A stretch of 62,790 bases of DNA, filler included, from Rhabdomonas costata (GCA_019059605.1; 48 parts of 48 records of this genome joined end to end with filler, not necessarily neighbours in it), one strand, 5' to 3'; counted from the whole stretch's first letter, positions 1 to 12,483 are shown. Translations and numbers: made by a program. The notes: generated by a model from the sequence alone, not told the origin.

Positions 1-586
1 ATGGCGCAGGTCCCCATGAGACATTCTACCATCAAGGTTTCGGACTCAATATTTAGTGTATGTGGGGGACTCGAGCTTGGAGCGAAAATTGCCCTAAAAC
101 AGGGCAAAAACTGGCAAAAATGGGTCAAAAATAGGGCAAGAACAGTCGAAAATAAAGGGGGAAACATGACCCAGAGGTCGTTGCGAGTGAAAGTTGACTA
201 TTTTCAAAACTCTTCATGAGATCCCATCATAACAGGAGGGAAACGGGAACGGGTGAGGTTTTGTGTGCGAGAATTCATTTTCCATTTTTTTCCACAGTGA
301 TGGTACCTTTTATATCGAGTTTTGTAAAAACGTAAAGCTGGGGGGGAAGAAGAAAGACCAAACCAACCAATAACCAATCGAAATCTAAAAATCAAAGGGT
401 CCCGTTTTATGTATCCCACATGGCCCTCAAAAGCCACTGAAAGCCGAAGCTGTGGTCTGGATACAGTACCCGCACGCCTTGTCCTGTCTGGCTTTTATCT
501 TCTGGAACCCCAACATGGCAACCGTCAGAGCTTTTCGAAGAGATCCTTCGCTGCGGGGGGGGGCATCCCACAGAAAAGATGAGCAC

Positions 587-734
587 CTGTGGCTAGGATC
601 CCAAGGCCACCAGCGTTGGATACCGCCGCTACCAGCCGAGGCACAGAGATCCAGCTCATCCCAGGGAGCACCACGGGGTGGGTGATGCCCAGCAGAGTGG
701 TGAGGCGAGTCTTCAGAACGCGGCTTTGGGCCAT
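587..734 (-). CDS. Nitronate monooxygenase / FabK-like FMN oxidoreductase, first exon
   Basis: MAQSRVLKTRLTTLLGITHPVVLPGMSWISVPRLVAAVSNAGGLGILATG matches the family N-terminal motif (T.LLGI.HP...GM...LVAAVSNAGGLG). Ends at donor ACAG|GTGCTC. Confidence 0.9.
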
Positions 735-1211
735 TGCTGACAGGATCGGTGAGAAGGGCAGTGAAAGACACACAAGTTGACAAGCCAAAGTCCTTCACCC
801 AAAAAACAGAGGAATTCGAGAGTGAGACCGTCACAGCAAGCGAAACCACAATGATGGGAGAGCACACAAAGAGCAAAGATTTCGATTCATAATTTCCATT
901 ATCGTCAAGTGACACCGTTGAAGCTACCGGAAAATTGGAATGCCGGTACAACTGCATTGCTCACAGCTATCAATTAAAGTAAGCAAATGTTCGCGCATTA
1001 CGTCCATTACGTTCCATGTTCCATGTTTGCATCGCCCTCTAAAATCTCCTGGCAGCCTTTTATCGGAATCACAGGAGACATGTGCCTATGTTTCGACTGT
1101 CTTCTGCCGGTAATCGTGGCCCTCACAACTCCCGTTTGGAGCGAGATAAAAAGATAAGCAGAGGCCCTTATCTGACACAACACAATTTAACCTAAGAGTG
1201 GAAAAACGGAC

Positions 1212-1311
1212 NNNNNNNNNNNNNNNNNNNNNNNNNNNNNNNNNNNNNNNNNNNNTTAATTAATTAANNNNNNNNNNNNNNNNNNNNNNNNNNNNNNNNN
1301 NNNNNNNNNNN
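1212..1311. other. Artificial contig linker N44-TTAATTAATTAA-N44 (first of 47; recurs about every 1.31 kb, last at 61481-61580)
   Basis: Identical 100-nt spacer with a six-frame stop palindrome. The contigs between spacers are almost all 1208-1216 nt, as expected for size-sorted concatenation. Confidence 0.99.
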
Positions 1312-2948
1312 TTGTTTTTTGTGCTCCGTCAGCATGAATGTGTGAACCGGTTGCACACGGACTGCAATTCTGAGTGCGTCGATAATAAGGGCATTGCCTT
1401 GCGCTGTGCTTTCGGATTTGGCCGCCGTTTTGCATGCACTTATTATCGACGCACTCAGAATTGCAGTCCGTGTGCAACCGGTTCACACATTCATGCTGAC
1501 GGAGCACAAAGAACATAGAGACTCCCGGCAAGTACGAGAGTTTCCCAGTGTGACCTCGGCCGGAGCAGTGGTTCTATCTCTCTTTTGGCTACAGGCTCAA
1601 ACCTGATCAAAAAACAAAAGGGCCGGAGGGTAGTCATTGATGGGCTCACTTTTTGTTTGTTTGTTGTTAAAAGAATGTTTTTTATTGCTATTGCGTGGCA
1701 TATGTTATAGGTTTTAGGTTTGAGAGGTGGCAGTGTTCCTGAGTTGAGTTGACTGTTCGGTTTTTGCCTCTTCGTTTGCGGACCATGAAGAGGGACCTCC
1801 GTCCTTTGAACGGAATGCATGCGTCGGATCAGGTGGAAATAGCATCGCACCATACTTACAGCAGTGGGCGAACTCCGTGGAGACGGGTTTTTCTGTTTCG
1901 GCAGACGCCCCAGTTGATCGGGGCAACACTTCCTCATGCATTTCCCTGGCTACCCTTGAGAAGGTGACGTTCGGCCCATACTCGGAGACTTTTCTGGCTT
2001 TCTTCGGGATTACCGCCGCGCAAGCCTCTGAAATTGGTTTGTGGCACCAATCTTTTTTCGACCCGTCCTGCTGGCTGGCTGGCTGTCACCTGTCAAGCGC
2101 GTCCGGATAGATACTGCCAATGTAATCACTCAGTGGATCAAATTGTCTACATCACGACGCTTTTTACTTTTGTTGTCACGTGCAAGTTCGGTGTTGCGGT
2201 GAAATCTCTTTCTGCTTATTTTTCCCGTTGAATTGATATATGAGAGCAACCACTTTTGTGACCACGCGGCCACCTTGCGAAATCCAAGAAGAAAGGGGGC
2301 GGGGTACTTCATTGCAGTCGAGATTTGAATCTCACAGGTGACCGCCTGATCCTGCACATGGAGCCTTCGGTGGGGCCTGCTTAACATGCTTAGGGTCGAG
2401 TCCAGGAGTACTTCATGCTAGCACCGGAGTGAGCCGGAATGCTTGTGTTTGCTCAAGCTTGCACAAGCGTAGAATGAGGTGTACTTGGTCTTGGTCTTGG
2501 AATAGGCTTGGAATAGGCTCCANNNNNNNNNNNNNNNNNNNNNNNNNNNNNNNNNNNNNNNNNNNNTTAATTAATTAANNNNNNNNNNNNNNNNNNNNNN
2601 NNNNNNNNNNNNNNNNNNNNNNGTTGTGTTGTTCCCCATGTTTTGCGTTTGGGAAGAGAGCAACAAGACCTAGGCCGGCTTCGTCTTTGCCCGTATACTT
2701 TCTGTAATCCTGAGAAGGGTTCAAAAATATTGTCCGCTTCGCTGTAAATGTGAGAACGGTTCCTAAAGGTGACTTGGAGGGGAAAGAAATATGAAGAAAT
2801 TTGAGCTGAAATGGGCATTTACTTCCCAGCTTTGTGTGGGTGCTTGGCTGGTTCAACAACCTTTTTGGTTGGATGTCCAAAATTCTCACTTCTAATCTCA
2901 ATAATCTGAAGCGGGTCATAATATATCTTTACCGGACCCCTCGCACAG

Positions 2949-3193
2949 ATGTGGGTAGCGCTGTCCCTGCTTGGGATTGTCGGGGCCTTCTCATGGGGCC
3001 CCCTGGAGACCATCCTTGCAGACAGCGTGGAGACCGGCCGCCGCAGCGCCATCTACACCGCCCGCACAGTACTGGGGCTCGGCAGCGGGTGTCTTGGGCC
3101 CCTGCTGGCCGTGGTGCTGTTCGGAAGCCGGGAGAACCAGTGGAGCCTGGAGGAGTGCCGCTTCGTGCTGATGATTGCCCTGGTGCCGCTGGG
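2949..3193 (+). CDS. MFS transporter, internal exon
   Basis: Acceptor CGCACAG at 2948. Hydrophobic helices with ETILADSVETGRRS and GPLL motifs. Donor GG|GTGTGC. Confidence 0.75.
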
Positions 3194-3941
3194 GTGTGCC
3201 TGCCAACCTCTCACCAGCAACTGAAACGGGGCTTGGACTTGTCTGTGTGGCAGTGCCTCCTGTTCGCCCTGCTCCCATTTTTTCTGCGTCACCACATTTT
3301 GAGCCGCCCCCCCCCGACAAGAAAGGTTTTGTTGATACGTAGCTTGCACCTTGTGTGCAGTCCTCTCTCGTTCTTGAGAGACGCCTGCCGTGTCGTTGAT
3401 GTTTGCTTGGTGCTTATTTCTGTAATTTTCCGTGCCGTGTCACATTGTGGTTGGTACCCTTGTTGATCTGCCATTTTGCCGTGCGGGCACCTGTCAGCTG
3501 CTTGCTTCCTTCGGTTAGCTCTGGGGCTCTCAATCAGCCCTGAGAAAAAACACACGTGTTTTCGTCATTGAAGATATCATTACACATATTTATAGTGAAC
3601 TGCAGCCCACAAGTGAAGCACATGGAAAAATGAAGTCTGCTGAGCAACCTTAAGCAGTGTTGTTTTCGCACTTTTTATTGGACTGAGGGTTTTCAGAAGC
3701 TCCTGTCTGTGGAGGCACCATCTTCTCGAGGACCACCCGCAGGAACCGTCCAATTCGGGAGGCTCCGACACTTCTCAAGCTTAATTCTTCGCAGATTACA
3801 ATGGCCAACGTGCAATTTGCTCCCACACCAAAANNNNNNNNNNNNNNNNNNNNNNNNNNNNNNNNNNNNNNNNNNNNTTAATTAATTAANNNNNNNNNNN
3901 NNNNNNNNNNNNNNNNNNNNNNNNNNNNNNNNNGGGTTTTG

Positions 3942-4041
3942 TTGCCCCCCATTGAGGCCCCGGAGGTCGTCGGACAGGCCTCGGTGCGGTCCGTGCTCAC
4001 CGCGGGCAGGAAGTCCATTGCCATCTGCCAGCTCACCACAG
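3942..4041 (+). CDS. Translation initiation factor IF-2 (organellar type), C-terminal domain, partial exon
   Basis: Frame not in the ORF track: LPPIEAPEVVGQASVRSVLTAGRKSIAICQLTTG resembles IF2 domain IV (EEV.G.A.V..VF.....IAGC.V..G). Donor ACAG|GTCTGC. Confidence 0.6.
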
Positions 4042-4923
4042 GTCTGCGGTTTTGGCTGTTTTGATGGTCGCCTTGCCCTCGCCTCAGGCGCCGGAATAAA
4101 GAACAAGAGAAAGATAAGCCAAAGTTTCTTTAATTTTTTTTATCGTTTCATCCATCAAACTTGGATGAATGGATGTCTATGTGACTTCCTGGACTGGGCT
4201 GAAGCCAGAACTGGAGCCCGAGCCGGAACCAGACACATCGATGGCACAACTTGAGCTGGAGTGGAGGGTGGTGGTCAAATTTGGTGGAATGGAAGAACGC
4301 TTCGATAAGTTGATTGCCAAGTCTAGGACTCATGCCTGGGCCTTTTTTTAATAGGCCTTTTCAATTTAGTCGCATTTCCCAGGGTTTGAGTGATAACCTC
4401 GCAGTCCTGCGGCCAGGCCTGCGTAGCGTACTCAAGAGGTGAGTCCAGGTTGTCATGCTAATACGTACACAAACGGGCTCGTTTGGAGCTAGCGTTCAGG
4501 AGTTGGGCCTTATTACTGACCTTTATCGGGCCAGGTAGCTCTGCATATCATAAATGTGAGCTATCACCCCTGCTTGCTTGCCCAACGGACAGCACAAGGG
4601 CATTGAACGCTTGCCCAAAAGTGGATAAGCCCTTCTTCAAAATAAAAACATGAAGTGACTTTCAATTGAGACAGTGTTTGTGCATTTGGTGGTCAGTTGG
4701 AGATTGATCGCAGAGGAACGGTCGAGAGGAAAATCCTAATCAATCGTGAATGTGCACCCGCACATCATCCATACACACATGTACCATTGAGTTGCATGCG
4801 TGCCACTTCTCCGTGTCGCACAATTTCGCATAAGTGCGGGTGCACGTTTGAATGCGAGGGCAGTTCGATTTAGTGCAATAAATTATGGTGTCAGCTTTTG
4901 ATTAGTGTCCAAATTTGTCATGT

Positions 4924-5017
4924 CTTCTGCCTTCTGCCTTCTGCCTTCTGCCTTCTGCCTTCTGCCTTCTGCCTTCTGCCTTCTGCCTTCTGCCTTCTGC
5001 CTTCTACCTTCTGCCTT
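4924..5017. repeat. (CTTCTGC)n heptamer tandem repeat, about 13 units
   Basis: Directly visible. Confidence 0.95.
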
Positions 5018-6552
5018 GCCTTACCTTTTTGAGCCCTGCCCTGTACTTTTGGCTTGGCTTGTAGCCTGCCGATTGCGGAGATCGCAAATGTTCTTGCCGG
5101 CCAATGTGGGGAGGCGTTTGGAGGTGTAGCGCTTCAATCTCCCTNNNNNNNNNNNNNNNNNNNNNNNNNNNNNNNNNNNNNNNNNNNNTTAATTAATTAA
5201 NNNNNNNNNNNNNNNNNNNNNNNNNNNNNNNNNNNNNNNNNNNNGTGTTGGGTGTGGTTGGTGGTGGGGGGATGGGCACGGGGAAGTGCCAGGGACTCTG
5301 GAGAGCGGAGGAATTTCCACCAGTGCCGGAGGTACACTCTGAGTGTGGGTGTGGGTGGGTTGGAAGCGCGGGTGCACGGCACAGAGGAACCGTTGGGGGT
5401 GACTTTTGGTTAACGTTTGACGCCCCTCTTCCAAAATGGTCTCCAGAACGTCTGCAAAAAGGGAAAGGTCACCCGTGCACGAATTTCTTTGCACGCGTGT
5501 GTGTATCGAGTTGTAGCATGTCAGTGTAAATTAAGTGTGGGGGTGGAAAAGGGTTGCACGGGCGAACGACAGAGAAGCGCCAGATAAAGGAAATGCAAGG
5601 CAACAGGTCCCCCAAAAACTCACACGCACTATCGCACTGCATCCACCACTCCCCCATCTCTGTTTTTACCACTCTTCTTTCACAGGGAGGCCGATGTCGT
5701 GAAAGGGGATCCCGTGGGCCTTTTCTGGGGGCTTCGAGGTCTGCGCAGCAAAGGAAGCAAAAAAAGGGGGGAAGAGAATGGATACGCTCGCTAATGCCCG
5801 TGCGTGTGTGTGCACCTTACTGAAGACGTCTCTAGAAGTCTTTCTTTATTTTTCTCTGCGACTAGAACAGTGTGTGGGTGTGTACTTCCACGTTTGTGTC
5901 TGTGGCGTTGTCTCGGTCCCCACCTGAACCCAGGGCGCGTGGGTTTGCGTGCAGGCGATCCGATACTGGGCGCAGCACCACAGAGATATGCTTGGCCTGC
6001 TGGTACTTCTGCTGGTACCTCCATCCGCCCTCGTAAAGGACGGGAGGGGGGTTATCTCAACCAGAAGCCTCGAGGTCATTGTGTATTGTTGGGAGCGGGA
6101 TTGCACCACATGTGATCTATAAGCTCGGTATACACTCCTGGAAGCGCCCATCACACGGCCTCGAGCCGACTCTTCTTACAGCAGCTCCTCCCGCTGGGTG
6201 CAGCAGGAAGGGTGGTCTTCGCCGCCCGTTTCCTCGTTTTGAATTAGACCAGCCCACGGTGGTCAAAGCAAAGGAGCTGTCAGCGAAGTAGCCGCCGTGT
6301 CGTGTGAGCATCGATGTGGGGCTGGGTTGTGCGAAGTGGCGACTTTAGCATCTCAAAGACGAAAACCGACAGGCACGTCCCCAGTGATGGATATAATGGG
6401 TGCAAATAATTCTGCTCTTTTCAGGATGCACATAATTTCTTCCTTTCTACTTNNNNNNNNNNNNNNNNNNNNNNNNNNNNNNNNNNNNNNNNNNNNTTAA
6501 TTAATTAANNNNNNNNNNNNNNNNNNNNNNNNNNNNNNNNNNNNNNNNNNNN

Positions 6553-7474
6553 GTGTGGTGGGTTCTTGGACACGCGGTGCACTTCAAACGCTGGGTGGAG
6601 GAGGTTCCTGTTCAGTGGGATGCCCGCGCTGTTCTCCACTGCGCCTTCCAGGGAGCATTGCTCCTCGCCGCTCATAAAGAGCCAATGTCTAAGGGTGCTG
6701 CACCCTTTTTGCTATTTGATGAAGGAGCGACCCATTTCTAGACCAACTACCTGTGCATAGGCAAATCCGCCTGGCCATGTCCCGTCGCCTCAGCCCTTGT
6801 ACCCGCTGTCTGCTAATTCCTTGGAATCGGACGTTTGGCGGCAGTAGCGACCCGACGATGAAGAGAGCTCTTCTCAGACTCGCCGGGTGGACCACCATAT
6901 ACGGCCACAACACCAAGTGACACCGCTGCCGGTTCAAAAAAAAAAAGGAGTTCGAAAACATAGGGTCAGGTTTTGTCGAACACCCTGGATTTCCTTTGCT
7001 TGGGTCACATCATTTGGCGTAGATGTGTGTCTGACCTTGCATCTTGACTGACAAATTTGTGTTACAAAAATGCGCGGTTTTTGTTCTCCTGTTTTCCTCG
7101 TTGCACAGCTTTCTGACGAAGTACAGCGTGGAGTCCTCCCTGGGGATTGTACTCAACCCCAGCTTGGCTACCTTGGAGGTTCCTCAAGCGCTTCTGCGGA
7201 GGTTCTACCTTTCAAAACATGAGTCGTTTGCTCTTTCATCACCTCCGAAACTGCACTGACCATGTGCTCTTTCAGGTTCTTCCAGAACACGGAGCCGTTT
7301 CTGATTCTTCCCGCCGTTGCCCGGGCGCGGCGCAGGCTTCCTTCGGGCTCCACCGTTGCTCTGCTGGTGTGCTCGGACGCCGGTGCAGAGGATGTGTTTC
7401 GCGGCTTTGTCCTGGCCTCCCACCTCGCTCGTGCGCTGCGACAAGGAAGTGCGGGTGCTCTGGATCTCAGCAAG
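6553..7474 (+). CDS. RUS1/DUF647-like protein, several exons (about 6553-6694, an unresolved exon near 6761, 7109-7201, 7276-7474)
   Basis: Spliced FLTKYSVESSLGIVLNPSLATL...RRFFQNTEPFLILP...ALLVCSDAGAEDVFRGFVLA resembles the RUS-family C-terminus. GHVPSP occurs near 6773. GT-AG intron 7202-7275 restores the frame. Confidence 0.5.
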
Positions 7475-10400
7475 GTGTCAGCTTTTGCTGGTTTGTTGCA
7501 CATATCTTGCGCAAACGTTGTTCGCGATGGGGAGGTGTTGTGAACTTTTTTCCGGGATTCTAAGATTCCGGACCCGGCCTTGCAAGCATGTGTCTTTTGT
7601 GTTGAGGATATGATTGGAAGATATGAGAAGCGGATGCCTTCATTTGTTTTTTCCTTGCCGTTGGTCGGGTTTATTTGGAGTTTGGGTTCACCAAGGATCC
7701 CTCCCCTTGGCTTAGTTTCAGGCTGCGCTGGAGCTATCCGAGGTTTCGGTGGCCGCGGAGTTCNNNNNNNNNNNNNNNNNNNNNNNNNNNNNNNNNNNNN
7801 NNNNNNNTTAATTAATTAANNNNNNNNNNNNNNNNNNNNNNNNNNNNNNNNNNNNNNNNNNNNGCGTTGGAGTGTGAATGCACAGTTGTGGCAAGGCGCC
7901 AGCTCCGCACCCGGATTGGTGCACGTAAAGTTTCGGTGTGTCAATCCCAACAGCTTGCACACATGTGGTGCGGTATCGGAACCGCGATGGTTGACGTCCT
8001 GCCAGTTTTTTGGAAGCTTTGTTGTGGCCCGGTATACTTACGCGGTCTGATATAAAAACCTTTTCAGCACTTTTCGCTCGGATCCCATTCTAAAATGGTA
8101 ATTCCTTCGGGAGGTGGAAAAGATACACAACCTTATGGAGAATGATATACAATTTTTGACTTCTGAAGAAGAGTCCACGCGGTGCGTGGCCAATCGCGAT
8201 GTTGAAGTGGAAGTGCTGCTGCTGTGTAGCTGCATATAGAGACCATCAAGAAGGCGACAACATGAACAATGAAGCAGCGAGATGGTAATGTGTGAGGCAT
8301 AAATTCGGCAAGCTGTGTACTCAAGCTTCGTGGACCAGGATGGTGGAAGGGATGGTTAGTAGCAAGAAAAGAACTACAGAGTGTGTTTCGTGGTTTGGAG
8401 GCAGAATATATTGCCAGTGCATGCACTCACCATCAGTGTGAACCAACCCACCGGCGAAGAGAAACCTGAAGGTGGGGAATGACATAGCAGATACGGAGAG
8501 CAAATTGAGAACACATAATTTGAGAGGAAGCTTCCAGATTCCAGATTCCGAAAGCAACTCAGCAGCACAGAGTGAGTATAAATCAGCACGGCGATGGCGC
8601 GGGATGTTAAGAGGATTTACAGAATTGGGTTTTGACATAGATGTTGTAAATGAGGCTGCAAAACGGTAAAAAAAAGTTCACCGCATGTTTTCTCAGCATT
8701 TTAGCAGCCAATGTTTCCATAAGAATGCGTAGAAGGATATGATCGCGGTGTTTTTTGCTAATGTTTTCTCGCTCCAGATTTCGTGGATGTGTTCCCATGG
8801 CCACCCACTTTGGTCACCATTTTCCCGGAAGCAGAGACACAAGCCATCAAGGTGGTCAAGGACTGGTGGTGAACCACACCTGCATGGGCACCGTAGGCCG
8901 TCTGATGTCCGTCATGGTAAAGTGAATTACTCGAACTGGCATCAGCGGCGTATGGACTCCGCGCCAAAAATAATTCAGTTCCTTTTCAACGGCAACGGTA
9001 ACAGTTCACGGCCTTCGGTGGCAACGAAGCACAGAGATACTTCCCTCTATTAGAATCCAAGGTTACACAACACANNNNNNNNNNNNNNNNNNNNNNNNNN
9101 NNNNNNNNNNNNNNNNNNTTAATTAATTAANNNNNNNNNNNNNNNNNNNNNNNNNNNNNNNNNNNNNNNNNNNNGTGGTGTGTTTATACAAGGGTGTCTT
9201 CCTGCGCAAGGGGAGCAGCACCAGGCGGTCACGTAGAAACTGCGACGGTTCTACTCCGAAGTTGTGGGGCCCAAGGAAACGGCGTTCCGCTTCGACAGCT
9301 TCCGTGACACACTTCTTGTGCTTTGTGCTTTGTGCTGGCACACTGCTCTGATCCTTTCATCCCTTTGATCTTCGCGCACGTCTGCGAGTGTTCGCACGTG
9401 ATATGGATCAGGCACATGAACCTACCGCGCATTTGACACTTTGCACAGTGGTTGTCGTGTGCAGCTTTGTTTCGCAGAGAAAGTCCACTTGCATGCGCAC
9501 TTGGGTGAGACGAAAGAGCGACCACCACCACGAAAAAAGAGACATTAGGTTTTGCACACCTTTGCTTACGGCCCGTTTCACCTGGAAAGACCGGCTGGTC
9601 ATTAACCTTGATTAACCTTCATTACCATTAGACTGACTGAACGCAAACACGCCTTTTACGCAAGTTCAGAACCCCACAGAAGCCCACTCACCCTCACCGA
9701 TGCCCTGCTCTGAAGTGGCTTCTCTGAAGTGCTATCTTCCCTCAAAGTCTCTTCCCCCAGTTCGCTGCCCCTCTGCTTTCGGTCCCTAGTCAATCTTTCC
9801 ATCTTTCCACTTCCCATCTTTTCTGCATTGCACTGTGCTTAGAGTCTCTTCCTTCCTGCTACTTTCGGATGTTCTGGCGCCTCACTGTTTTCTTTTGCGC
9901 GGTGAAGACTGAACAGTGAACAAGTGCTGTTGTTCAACGGCCCTTGCTCTTGAACTATTTGTGTTTGTTTTCCTGCGCCAGTTTTTTCCTTTTACTGTTC
10001 AGTGTGACTGTACGCATTGTGTTTGCTCTCATTTCTGTTGGTTTGTACAGAACTTACGTCGTGTTCGAAGAACTTGCACCAGTACTTGAAGCGTATGGGA
10101 CGCAGCACCAAAAAAACACTCTGCAAGAAGGAACAAATTTTCTATTTAGAACTGTACATAGTGATCTTTGCTTTGTTTCATCGTTTGCACCGGTTTGAAG
10201 TTCTCTTTTCTTCATGTTTTGTTTATCCCTCTATAATCTCTCCCGTGTATGGCCTAAAACTATTGTAGATTTCTTTCTTTCTATTTTGCAAATCTACTTT
10301 GCTCTTTTGCAAAATAGAAAGAAAGAAATCTACAATAGTTTTAGGCCATACACGGGAGAGATTATAGAGGGATAAACAACACAAANNNNNNNNNNNNNNN

Positions 10401-12145
10401 NNNNNNNNNNNNNNNNNNNNNNNNNNNNNTTAATTAATTAANNNNNNNNNNNNNNNNNNNNNNNNNNNNNNNNNNNNNNNNNNNNGTCTCCCGGTGTTCT
10501 CTTTTTCTTCTTCTCACCTCGCTTGCTTTGCCGAAGCCTGCACGGTGCTGACCCTTGTCTTCTTGGGTGACGTGATGTTTATTTGTTTCAAAAAAAATGT
10601 CCAGCATATCGTTCCCATACCGCCAAAAAGCTGACCCCAAGGAGAGCGGTCAATTGATGCTTATTTGTTTCAAAAAACCTCACAAGTTACACATTCCTCA
10701 TATACATACGCTCTCTGCCTCCCTGCCCTGGGCATAGATTATCTTCTGTCTGACGCTCCGAGTTTCCCATTGCAATGACTGTGCGTTGTGAGCATTCTTT
10801 TCCACTCCCTGCGCTAACTGAAGTTTCAATTGAAACTGCAACATTTTACTCCCCTTCTCTCTTCCGTCCTCTCATACGCATGTTGTCAACTTCCTCCAAA
10901 TTCTCCTCCACCTTTGTGCGGCACCCCCTGTAAAGGGATTTCAGCCCCAAATCTTTCATTTGTGAACACTAAAACAAAGATCTGTGCACGGAAGGGAAGG
11001 GAAGGAAATGGCCTGAATGCATGCCCTGGGTAACCATGCATGCCGTGGTTTATGGATGCCGTGGAAGCGCAAGGGGTGCACAAAATTCTCCAACAAAAAT
11101 ACCCGCTTTCTTAGCTTTGGACATTCATACAAAGGGTAAGTTGCTCAGACACCCAAAACTTCGCCAGTTTCACTGTCCTAATTTTTTTTACGGAAATCGC
11201 AGAAATCCCCACCCACTTTCCACCAATGTCGTTCTTCTAGGCGTTTTTGTTCCCACACCCTCGATCTTACACACTCTTTCCCCCGTTTCCTCTTCTTGCT
11301 CCTCTGAGAGAGCTCTCCTGAGAGAGTTCCCCAAAACCTTTGGTGTTACTCCTTCATCCCAACTCTCTACTATTTTCTTGATGTTCCACTACTCCTTTTT
11401 CAATTTTTTTACGATGGACTTCAGCAGCTCTCCTCTTGCCTTGCTCACTTGTTAACTTGATGACTTCTTTCAAAAACAAAACTTGTCCTTTTCTCTTCTC
11501 GGTTGATGGTCCTTGTGCTCCTTTCTACACCATTCCACCTGCTTTTTACATAGTGCACTCTTGGGACTCGCCCTGCAATGGACGTTGTGAATTCGCAGAA
11601 ATCAGAACAGAAATGACTTATTAACGAATCAATTAACGAATCAAGCACTATTAAGAATATTATTACATTATTTTATTTGTTTCTGCAAACAACAAANNNN
11701 NNNNNNNNNNNNNNNNNNNNNNNNNNNNNNNNNNNNNNNNTTAATTAATTAANNNNNNNNNNNNNNNNNNNNNNNNNNNNNNNNNNNNNNNNNNNNTGTG
11801 TGTTGGCATCGGATTGGGCCCAAGTGCTTCGGTTTAGAGCTAGAGGGGTTTTTTCGGGTCATTTTGGGCCCTTTTTTCTGCCTTTTTGGTCCTCCAGCGT
11901 GGAAGGGCCATTTTGCCCTTTGTAGGCGTGCAGGCTGAGCTTAAGCTTCAGGTCGGGGCTGTTAGCCTTCGGAAGCGTAGACCTCAGAATTGCTTCTTGC
12001 TGGCATCAAAATGAGCCTCGGCTAGCCTTCCTTCTTGCCTCAAAAAGAGAAATACTTGCTAGTCTGCACTCGCGCGGCGGTTGTTTTTTTATAGCTGTTT
12101 TTGCTGTATGGCGTGGGTTGCGCGCACATGGGTGGGTTGCTGCAG

Positions 12146-12483
12146 ACCTTATGCTGGGCACCATCGGGGACCAAGTCCGCATAGACACAGCTATCATCTC
12201 CGAGGCACTGACCACGACCCTGCAGGTGCGACCTCCCATTCTGTCCGTTTTCCCCTTTTTTTCGCTCGGTCCAGTTCCTGCTCCAGTTCGTATAGCGCAA
12301 ACCTCGTGCTCTGTAGGTGTGTGTGTGTGTTTATATTGTCGCGCTCAGGTGGCCAGGCTGTCGGTGCGGTACCAGGCCAGCTTGCTGGTCACCCGGGAGG
12401 CCTTCATGATTCTCAACATCGAGGGCATCACGGCGCGCTTCCTGGGAGAGTCTGGGGTGCAGGGGCTGCACATCCACCCCCAG
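12146..12483 (+). CDS. Class III adenylyl/guanylyl cyclase-like domain, degenerate; exons 12146-12225 and 12349-12483
   Basis: DLMLGTIGDQVRIDTAIISEALTTTLQ|VARLSVRYQASLLVTREAF...RFLGESGVQG aligns with the cyclase consensus MLGTIG...R.D.TVISDAVNLASRLE.L...Y...ILIS...RFL..V.VKG. Confidence 0.75.

Noticed and set aside
1313-1515. Near-perfect 75-nt inverted repeat (looks like a hairpin RNA or MITE)
   Set aside because: One arm touches the contig end. The same geometry recurs at about 10219-10379, 16716-16935, 19475-19560, 24919-25077, 25873-26097, 32769-32946, 36463-36586, 42860-43138 and 47174-47755 in unrelated sequence, even copying coding DNA. These are fold-back chimeras from amplification.
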